Sequence record: OZ374592.1
Strand: one strand, 5' to 3'
DNA: 32,000 bases
Part shown: in pieces, positions 23,924 to 32,000 of the stretch
Layout: each line of letters begins with the position of its first letter
Position numbering within the stretch: the stretch's first letter is position 1
Notes under the pieces: model-generated
Database searches by the model: none
The model's input: only the letters and a program-made list of their open reading frames with translations
What the model was told of the DNA's origin: nothing
Made by a program: the position numbers and the translations under genes

Positions 23924-24480
23924 GTAATCAAAGTGTAATGGCAAAAGTTGCTTTACCCTATGCTGAAGCACTGTTAGAGTCTGCAAAAGAAGAAAATTTA
24001 TTAGAAAAAACTAATGAAGATTTATCAATGATTTCTAAGATTTTATCAGAATCTTCAGATTTAAAATTATTTTTAGAAAATCCATTAATTACTTCAGATA
24101 CTAAAAAAAGTGTATTGAATCAATTACTGGCAGATCAAATTAATAATTGTGTATTAAAATTTTTATTAGTTTTAGTAGATCGTCGTAGGATTACTATAAT
24201 TAGTATAATAATAGATAAGTATTTGGAATTAGCTTATAGGTTAGATTCAACTATTATAGCTCAGGTTTCTACTGCAATTGTTTTTACAGAAAAACAGCAA
24301 GAAGCTATGATAGAAAAAATTAAGCAGATGACTAATAGTAAGCAAGTAAAGCTATCTATCAAAATAGATGCTAGTTTAATAGGTGGTTTTATCATTCAGA
24401 TAGGTTCTAAAGTCATAGATACTAGTTTATCCGGTAAATTAAAGCAAATGTCTTTTTATCTTAATACAAATTCTAACTAA
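23920..24480 (+). CDS. atpD: ATP synthase CF1 delta subunit (OSCP family)
   Basis: ALPYAEALLESAKEEN...SDLKLFLENPLI...IGGFIIQIGSKVIDTSLSGKLKQM. It overlaps the atpF stop by 4 nt (ATGA). Confidence 0.88.
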   Translation: MSNQSVMAKVALPYAEALLESAKEENLLEKTNEDLSMISKILSESSDLKLFLENPLITSDTKKSVLNQLLADQINNCVLKFLLVLVDRRRITIISIIIDKYLELAYRLDSTIIAQVSTAIVFTEKQQEAMIEKIKQMTNSKQVKLSIKIDASLIGGFIIQIGSKVIDTSLSGKLKQMSFYLNTNSN

Positions 24481-24516
24481 TAAATTTGTAATTATTGTGT
24501 AATAAATATTTGTTAA

Positions 24517-26076
<1,560 letters not shown>

Positions 26077-26116
26077 TTATGCATAGTATAATTATATATT
26101 TATTTATATTTACATA

Positions 26117-26147
26117 AGAATAGTAGTATAATTCATACTGCTATTCT
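26117..26147. terminator. 13-bp stem-loop between convergent atpA and sufC
   Basis: AGAATAGTAGTAT (26117-26129), AATTC, then ATACTGCTATTCT (26135-26147). One position is a G-U wobble on the + strand RNA and an A-C mismatch on the - strand. Confidence 0.5.
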
Positions 26148-26192
26148 ATTCATAGTAAAATCTGGTTGTTTATAAAAAAACGAATATCATCT

Positions 26193-26951
26193 TTATGATA
26201 TATTAATTATGCCTTCATAGCCAGATTTTTCTAGTTTTCTAGCTAAATTGGCGTCTCCTGTATGAATTATTTTGCCTTCTTTCATTATATGCACATAATC
26301 AGGTATAATATATTCTAATATTCTTTGATAATGCGTAATAATTATTATTGCTTTATCTTTATTAATTATTGAATTAATATTTGAAGAAATAGTTTTTAAA
26401 GCATCTATATCAAGGCCAGAGTCTGTTTCATCTAAAATTGATAATCGACTATTAAGTAAACTCATTTGCAGTATTTCATTTTTCTTCTTTTCTCCCCCAG
26501 AAAAACCTTCATTTACATTGCGAGTTAGAAAGCTTGCATCCATTTCAATTGATTGTATTTTTTGATTTATTAAATCAAAAAAAGATAGAGGATCTAATTC
26601 AGCTTCATTATTAGCTTTTTTATTTGAATTATATGCAAGACGTAAAAAATCAGAATTACTTACACCAGGAATCTCAACGGGATATTGAAAAGCTAAGAAA
26701 ATTCCTTTATGAGATCTTTGCTCTGCTTCTAAATTATTGATATTTTCTCCATCAAAGATAATACTTCCTTTATTAACAATATAGCTAGGATGACCTGCTA
26801 TAATTTTAGCTATAGTACTTTTCCCCGATCCATTTTTACCCATTATAGCGTGAATTTCACCAGCACTAATAGATAAATTTAACCCATTAATAATATTTGT
26901 GTTATTAATACTCGCATGTAAATTGTTAATTGATAAAAGAGTTTTCTTCAT
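26193..26951 (-). CDS. sufC: Fe-S cluster assembly ATPase SufC (ycf16)
   Basis: Walker A motif [12 protein letters not shown] signature FSGGEKKK and Walker B motif [12 protein letters not shown]. It lies 6 nt downstream of sufB. Confidence 0.95.
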   Translation of the reverse strand: MKKTLLSINNLHASINNTNIINGLNLSISAGEIHAIMGKNGSGKSTIAKIIAGHPSYIVNKGSIIFDGENINNLEAEQRSHKGIFLAFQYPVEIPGVSNSDFLRLAYNSNKKANNEAELDPLSFFDLINQKIQSIEMDASFLTRNVNEGFSGGEKKKNEILQMSLLNSRLSILDETDSGLDIDALKTISSNINSIINKDKAIIIITHYQRILEYIIPDYVHIMKEGKIIHTGDANLARKLEKSGYEGIINIS

Positions 26952-26957
26952 ATATAT

Positions 26958-28427
26958 TTATCCGATAGTACCTTCTAATTTTAAATTTAATAAACGATCT
27001 GCTTCCATTGCAAATTCCATTGGTAATTCATTAAATACGTCTTTACAAAATCCACTTATCATTAAGCAAATAGCGTCTTCAATATTAATGCCTCTTTGTA
27101 AAAAATAAAAAATCTGCTCTTCTCCTATTTTAGATGTAGATGCTTCATGTTCAATTTTTGCTAATGAGTTTTGTACTTGCAAATATGGAAATGTATTAGC
27201 TTTTGATTTATTACCTAATATTAAAGAATCACATTGTGAATAATTGCGTGCATATTTTGCCTTTGGCCCAATTTTAACCAATCCACGATAACTGTTAATA
27301 GATTTTCCTGTAGATATTCCCTTAGAAATTATTCTACTACGTGTGTATGAGCCTATGTGAATCATTTTACTACCGGTATCTGCTTGTTGAAAATTATTAG
27401 TTAGAGCAACAGAAGCAAATTCACCTATAGAATGTTTGCCTACTAGTATGCAGCTTGGATATTTCCAAGTAATAGCAGAGCCTGTTTCAACTTGTGTCCA
27501 TAGGATTTTAGAATGTTTGCCTAGACAAATTCCTCTTTTAGTAACAAAATTGTAAATTCCACCCTTACCTTCATTATTACCAGAGTACCAGTTTTGTACA
27601 GTAGAATATTTAATAGTTGCATTTTCTAGTGCTACTAATTCTACTATTGCTGCATGTAATTGATTATTATCAAATTGTGGAGCTGTACAACCTTCTAAAT
27701 AGCTTACATAGCTATTTTTATCAGCAATTATTAGAGTACGTTCAAATTGTCCTGACTCTTTATTATTTATTCTAAAATAGGTAGATAATTCTAAAGGACA
27801 ATGAGTATTAGGAGGAATATAGCAAAAAGACCCATCACTAAATGCTGCAGAGTTTAATGCAGAAAAAAAATTATCGCCAATAGGTACGACAGAACCTAAA
27901 TATTTTTTAATTAAATCAGGATACTTATCAATAGCTTCTGATATAGAACAAAAAATTACACCAACAGCTGCTAGCTCTTTTTTAAATGTGGTTGCAATAG
28001 ATATACTATCAAATACGGCATCTACAGCAACATTTGTAAGTCTTTTCTGTTCATTTAAAGGTATACCTAGTTTTTCAAAAGTTTCAATTATTGTTGGGTC
28101 TACTTCATCTAAACTATTTAATTTCTTTTTATATTTAGGTACAGAATAATAAATAATATTATTGTAATTAATTTGATTATATATTAATGCACTCCAATTT
28201 GGTTCATCCATTTGAGCCCATTTTTTATATGCTTTTAACCGAAAATCAGTTAAATATTGAGGCTCTTGCTTTTCTTGACTAATTAAATTTATTATTTCAG
28301 GGTTTAAACCTTTAGGAAAACTTTTTGAATCTATTTTAGTATGAAAACCATATTTATATGGCTGATTTAATAAATTATTTAAATTTAAATTACTTGATTC
28401 TTGGGTTTTATTTAATTGATCTGTCAT
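26958..28427 (-). CDS. sufB: Fe-S cluster assembly protein SufB (ycf24)
   Basis: [18 protein letters not shown]..., [21 protein letters not shown], and a C-terminal [21 protein letters not shown]. Length is 489 aa. Confidence 0.95.
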   Translation of the reverse strand: MTDQLNKTQESSNLNLNNLLNQPYKYGFHTKIDSKSFPKGLNPEIINLISQEKQEPQYLTDFRLKAYKKWAQMDEPNWSALIYNQINYNNIIYYSVPKYKKKLNSLDEVDPTIIETFEKLGIPLNEQKRLTNVAVDAVFDSISIATTFKKELAAVGVIFCSISEAIDKYPDLIKKYLGSVVPIGDNFFSALNSAAFSDGSFCYIPPNTHCPLELSTYFRINNKESGQFERTLIIADKNSYVSYLEGCTAPQFDNNQLHAAIVELVALENATIKYSTVQNWYSGNNEGKGGIYNFVTKRGICLGKHSKILWTQVETGSAITWKYPSCILVGKHSIGEFASVALTNNFQQADTGSKMIHIGSYTRSRIISKGISTGKSINSYRGLVKIGPKAKYARNYSQCDSLILGNKSKANTFPYLQVQNSLAKIEHEASTSKIGEEQIFYFLQRGINIEDAICLMISGFCKDVFNELPMEFAMEADRLLNLKLEGTIG

Positions 28428-28509
28428 TATAAATTTTTATAAACGATTAATAAATATGCGGTGTATATTAAATCATACCAGGTATCATATATTTTAAGTC
28501 ATTTTTCTT

Positions 28510-29304
28510 CTATAAGTGGTAAATATCTTTAAAATTTATATTGTAATAATTAATTTCTCTAGAATATAATATAGATGAAATTCTATTTATATCATAGGCA
28601 ATAGTGTTGAATAATTCGTATAAACCATTATAGAATAAAAAAATATTAAACAGATCTTGATTATTTCTTAAGTTAATAGCTTTTCTTGTATTGTAAAAAT
28701 TATTATTCATAATTACTAAAAAGCTGGAAGAAAATATTATAATTAATGCTTCTTGTTTTGTATAAGTAGTCTTTTGGTTCTTAAATTTTATTAAATAATA
28801 AATAATTATGTTTTCATATTTTGTAGTTAAATATAATGTTTGTATAAATATTAAATATAATAAGTAAATTAAACTTGTGCGCATTATAAAATTTGGTAAA
28901 ATAAATATCTTGTAAAATTTATTTTTCTCTATTATACGATATTTTCTTATCTCTGAATTTGAAAAAAAAAGTAGTTGTTTTATTATTATATAATTTTGTG
29001 TATTGCAAGATATATCTATTTGAAAATTTATACTATATATATATATATTCAATAAATATACTAGTATTATAAAAAAAATATTTTTTGTATCATTTAATTT
29101 CTTTGTTGGTATTTTTATATATGGACTTAAAAGTATATAAATTGAAAGAGATGTTATTATATAAATATAATTCATGTAAGGAATTACACATAAATATGCG
29201 AATATAATAACTATTTTAAACTTATTATTTATTGTATGAATAAATGTTTTAGGGGAAACAATATATTGGTTAAAAAACGTAATATAAAATAGATCTTTAA
29301 ACAT
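28510..29304 (-). CDS. Hypothetical multi-pass membrane protein, 264 aa; a possible EcfT/CbiQ-family (ECF transporter T component) homologue
   Basis: The ORF fills the sufB-trnL interval with four to five hydrophobic segments. YIVSPKTFIHTINNKFKIVIIF resembles the EcfT N-terminus (Y-L-P-G-x-x-F-h-H/Y-x-h-D-P-R-x-K-h-h). Two C-terminal A/S-x-x-x-R motifs (AINLR at about residue 209, ILYSR at about residue 245) resemble the EcfT coupling helices. The sequence is extremely N/I/K/Y-rich, so the functional call is tentative. Confidence 0.4.
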   Translation of the reverse strand: MFKDLFYITFFNQYIVSPKTFIHTINNKFKIVIIFAYLCVIPYMNYIYIITSLSIYILLSPYIKIPTKKLNDTKNIFFIILVYLLNIYIYSINFQIDISCNTQNYIIIKQLLFFSNSEIRKYRIIEKNKFYKIFILPNFIMRTSLIYLLYLIFIQTLYLTTKYENIIIYYLIKFKNQKTTYTKQEALIIIFSSSFLVIMNNNFYNTRKAINLRNNQDLFNIFLFYNGLYELFNTIAYDINRISSILYSREINYYNINFKDIYHL

Positions 29305-29383
29305 AATTATATATCTTTCTGTAAAAAATTTAATTAAAGTATTGTTTTTATCTTATTGATTATGTAATTATATATTGATAATA

Positions 29384-29465
29384 GGGTAGATGGCGAAATT
29401 GGTATACGCATCACACTCAAAATGTGACAACTATAGTTTTGAGGGTTCAAGTCCCTCTCTACCCA
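29384..29465 (+). tRNA. trnL: tRNA-Leu (anticodon CAA), class II with a long variable arm; CCA not encoded
   Basis: Folded by hand. Acceptor stem: GGGTAGA pairs with TCTACCC. D stem: GCG pairs with CGC. Anticodon stem: TCACA pairs with TGTGA, with loop CT-CAA-AA. Variable arm: AACT-ATA-AGTT. T arm: GAGGG-TTCAAGT-CCCTC. The discriminator base is A. Total length is 82 nt. Confidence 0.93.
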
Positions 29466-29496
29466 TATATTTAGAGATAGTTTACAGGTAAGTTAT

Positions 29497-30456
29497 ATGA
29501 GTTTATTAGTTTTAGGTGGAACGGGGACTTTAGGTCGGCAAATTGTTAGAAAAGCTTTAGACGAAGGCTTTCAAGTTAAATGTTTTGTTAGGGATTTTCG
29601 TCGAGCTGCATTCTTAAAAGAATGGGGAGCAGAATTAGTCTATGGAAATTTAAAATTTCCAGAGACTATACCGCTTGCATTAATAGGAATTACAGCGATA
29701 ATTGATGCATCTACAGCAAGACCTAAAGATTTATATAATGCAAAAGAAATAGATTTATATGGCAAAGAAATATTAATCAGAGCTGCAAAAAAAGCTAAAG
29801 TGAAGCGATATATCTTTTTTTCAATTCTAAATGCACATAAATATTCTGATATACCATTAATGAATCTAAAATTACAGCTAGAAAATAAATTAATAGGTTC
29901 AGAATTGCAGTATACGATTTTTACATTATCAGGCTTTTTTCAAGGTCTTATTGGTCAGTATGCATTACCAATCTTAGAAAAAAAATCTGTATGGATTGCG
30001 GAGGACTTTACATCTATTGCATATATGGATACACAAGATATAGCAAAGTTTACAATCAAAAGTTTATCTGTTACTGAAACTGAAAAGCAAGTATTGCCAT
30101 TAGTTGGCAATGTTTCTTGGAATTCTTTGCAAATTATTGAATTATGTGAAAAATTATCTGGACAAAGATCTAAAATTTCACGAGTACCAATAGATATGTT
30201 GAAATTTGCTCGTACATTTACAAAATTTTTTCAATGGACATGGAATATATCAGAAAGATTGGCTTTCACAGAAGTTTTAACTCGAGGTGATAATTTTAAT
30301 ACATCTATGGATCATGTGTATGATTTATTAAAAATTCAGAAAAAAGAAGTTAATTCATTAGAAAACTATCTTCAAGAATATTTTATTAAAGTTATGAAAA
30401 AATTAAAAGATTTAAATTACAAAATAAAAAAAGAATCTGATATAATAGGATTTTAA
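29497..30456 (+). CDS. ycf39: Ycf39 (NmrA/HCF244-like atypical short-chain dehydrogenase, PSII assembly factor family)
   Basis: The Rossmann N-terminus reads [33 protein letters not shown], followed by [16 protein letters not shown]. Length is 319 aa. Confidence 0.9.
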   Translation: MSLLVLGGTGTLGRQIVRKALDEGFQVKCFVRDFRRAAFLKEWGAELVYGNLKFPETIPLALIGITAIIDASTARPKDLYNAKEIDLYGKEILIRAAKKAKVKRYIFFSILNAHKYSDIPLMNLKLQLENKLIGSELQYTIFTLSGFFQGLIGQYALPILEKKSVWIAEDFTSIAYMDTQDIAKFTIKSLSVTETEKQVLPLVGNVSWNSLQIIELCEKLSGQRSKISRVPIDMLKFARTFTKFFQWTWNISERLAFTEVLTRGDNFNTSMDHVYDLLKIQKKEVNSLENYLQEYFIKVMKKLKDLNYKIKKESDIIGF

Positions 30457-30468
30457 TTGATTAAACTA

Positions 30469-30789
30469 ATGAATTTATTAACATTTACAGCTAAAATTAT
30501 TACTGTACCCAAATTATATAAATATAATAAAAAAGATTTAATGTACATGCAAGTATCAACAGTTAATAATAAAAAAGGGTTATTTTCATATATTATATAT
30601 GCTAAAGCTAAAACAAAAATGGCACGTGAAATAGCTGGTCTTTACAGAAAAGGTGATTTTATTATTATTGAAGGTGCTGTTAATATTAAGTTTAAAAGCA
30701 TAAAAACAAATGAAAACAAATTGAAAAGGATGAAGTTTATAATTATAAGGATAAAGCAAGTGCAACCAGCTTATATAATTTTTAAATAA
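30469..30789 (+). CDS. Small OB-fold, single-stranded-DNA-binding-protein-like ORF (probably the red-algal ycf41 family)
   Basis: From the ATG at 30469 the protein reads MNLLTFTAKIITVPKLY...IIYAKAKTKMAREIAGLYRKGDFIIIEGAVNIKF. This follows the SSB pattern MN-x-h-x-h-x-G-x-h...A-E-x-h-x-x-h-L-x-K-G-x-x-h-x-h-E-G-x-h. The TTG at 30457 that the track uses abuts the ycf39 stop codon. Confidence 0.5.
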   Translation: MNLLTFTAKIITVPKLYKYNKKDLMYMQVSTVNNKKGLFSYIIYAKAKTKMAREIAGLYRKGDFIIIEGAVNIKFKSIKTNENKLKRMKFIIIRIKQVQPAYIIFK

Positions 30790-30904
30790 ATTTATTGATT
30801 TTTTTTATTAAAGTATGAAGTTTAAAGTTTTTTAATATACAATATTATTCAGTATTTATAATGTTTATATATTGATATTATATTTTAATTTAAAGGATTA
30901 AATT

Positions 30905-31021
30905 ATGTTTACACTTAAAATATTTGTTTATACAACAGTAATATTTTTTATCTCATTATTCTTTTTTGGATTTTTATCTAATGACCCTTCAAGAAATCCT
31001 AATCGTAAAGATTTAGAATAA
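30905..31021 (+). CDS. psbI: Photosystem II reaction centre protein I (38 aa)
   Basis: Absent from the ORF track because it is too short. Translation gives [38 protein letters not shown], which matches the conserved PsbI sequence (M-L-T-L-K[27 protein letters not shown]). Confidence 0.93.
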   Translation: MFTLKIFVYTTVIFFISLFFFGFLSNDPSRNPNRKDLE

Positions 31022-31037
31022 ATTTTAATTTATTATC

Positions 31038-31067
31038 AGCTAATAGTTAATCTTTAAACTATTAGCT
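31038..31067. terminator. 11-bp perfect stem-loop between convergent psbI and the CpcS-like ORF
   Basis: AGCTAATAGTT (31038-31048), an 8-nt loop, then AACTATTAGCT (31057-31067). Confidence 0.5.
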
Positions 31068-31072
31068 TCTAT

Positions 31073-31546
31073 TTATTGATAAATTTTAATTTCAGAAGTA
31101 AAGCAAATAGCAATATAATTATTGAATTGTTTTATTAGCGTAATTGATATTTTTAAATTATTGTTTATATGATAAATATATTCACTATATTTTATTTCTT
31201 TTTTTTGATAATTAATTTTTAAATATTGATCATGAGAGACTGTGAAATTATATTTTTTATTTACATTCATAAAACTTTTATTAAGAATTCCAGATATATT
31301 AATATCTGTATTATTGCTTAAATATTGATATATAACTTCAGCTTGATAAGGTCTTTTATATTTATATAAATAAGCATAATCATTAGAATTATTGCCATAT
31401 TTTAAATTGTGCGACGAGTTCAATTGAACGATATTTATATTTTGTTTATTAATTTTTGTTGTTTTATCATATAAATAGTAAAAAGTTTGGTGAGTAATCC
31501 AATGCCCTTCAATATCACTAAATAACGATTTAAGGTTATTAATCAT
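31073..31546 (-). CDS. cpcS: CpcS/CpeS-family phycobilin lyase homologue (red-algal ycf58 type), highly diverged
   Basis: The N-terminus LFSDIEGHWITHQTFYYL resembles the family motif FF-x-x-S-x-G-x-W-x-S-Q-R-T-x-H-H-L. The C-terminus SEYIYHINNNLKISITLIKQFNNYIAICFTSEIKIY resembles E-R-F-W-F-x-x-P-x-h-R-h-R-x-S...F-C-(S/T)-E-I-R. Length is 157 aa. Confidence 0.65.
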   Translation of the reverse strand: MINNLKSLFSDIEGHWITHQTFYYLYDKTTKINKQNINIVQLNSSHNLKYGNNSNDYAYLYKYKRPYQAEVIYQYLSNNTDINISGILNKSFMNVNKKYNFTVSHDQYLKINYQKKEIKYSEYIYHINNNLKISITLIKQFNNYIAICFTSEIKIYQ

Positions 31547-31575
31547 AATTTTATACCTTTTTATTGACTATATTA

Positions 31576-32000
31576 TTAACTGTATTGTGAATAAGTACGT
31601 AATTGTAAGAAATTTTCGTTATTATTATTTATACCATATTCAATACGTAGAGATGGGATTTTTTTTATTGGTATATTAACTTGTAAACCATACCCTAAAT
31701 TTATCTCGTATTTATATAAATTAGTGTAAATAAAATATTTAATATAATTCTTTTGAGATAAGTTCTGTATATAATTAAAAAAAGTATATACTGCAATATA
31801 ATCATTTATAGATGTGTAGTATTCTATATGGCATAAATATAATGGAAAAAAATCTTTATAATATTTCTTTTTGATATGTAGGTTATTGTAAATATTGTTA
31901 TCTTGACCTCTAGTAAGTTCATTAAGCATTAAATTATCTTTGTTATTTAAATTTAAGTTTAATTCCAGAAATAAGATAAAAGTATTATTATTAGCTTGAA
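31576..32000 (-). CDS. C-terminal part of a larger unidentified protein; the ORF continues past the right edge of the window
   Basis: The track lists 117 aa starting from an internal Met. Upstream of that ATG (31927-31929) the same frame stays open to position 32000 (QANNNTFILFLELNLNLNNKDNL-M...). The C-terminus has an alternating aromatic/hydrophobic pattern and ends GYGLQVNIPIKKIPSLRIEYGINNNNENFLQLRTYSQYS. Confidence 0.5.
   Translation of the reverse strand, partial: QANNNTFILFLELNLNLNNKDNLMLNELTRGQDNNIYNNLHIKKKYYKDFFPLYLCHIEYYTSINDYIAVYTFFNYIQNLSQKNYIKYFIYTNLYKYEINLGYGLQVNIPIKKIPSLRIEYGINNNNENFLQLRTYSQYS

Noticed and set aside
26899-27108. 69-aa + strand ORF
   Set aside because: It is antisense across the sufC/sufB junction and has no start context or motifs.

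Overview
This window reads as a conserved housekeeping segment of a very AT-rich, red-algal-type (Rhodophyta) plastid genome. The assignment rests on three things: phycobilisome core genes (apcE-apcA-apcB), genes that rhodophyte plastids typically retain (tsf, infB, rps20, sufB/sufC, tatC, ycf39), and the classic block rpoB-rpoC1-rpoC2-rps2-tsf-atpI-atpH-atpG-atpF-atpD-atpA. Gene order, left to right: tatC(-, partial), apcE, apcA, apcB, atpE(-), atpB(-), ycf3(-), infB, rps18(-), rpl33(-), rps20, rpoB, rpoC1, rpoC2, rps2, tsf, atpI, atpH, atpG, atpF, atpD, atpA, sufC(-), sufB(-), a 264-aa membrane ORF(-), trnL(CAA), ycf39, an SSB-like ORF, psbI (missing from the ORF track), a CpcS-type lyase ORF(-), and an edge-truncated ORF(-). 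I saw no rRNA, CRISPR array, transposase, integrase, intron or defence-type gene. Honestly, most of the window is ordinary. The part worth a second look is 28.5-32 kb, which holds fast-evolving N/I/K/Y-rich ORFs. One is a 264-aa ORF with EcfT/CbiQ-like motifs. Another is the truncated last ORF, whose C-terminus resembles the end of an Omp85/BamA/Toc75 beta-barrel; this match is speculative. Smaller observations: rpoB probably uses a non-ATG start, consensus sigma70-type promoters sit inside the over-extended track ORFs of infB and rps20, and perfect inverted repeats lie at every convergent gene junction and after atpH. Every functional call comes from reading motifs by eye and from memory of protein families. 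No database search was run.
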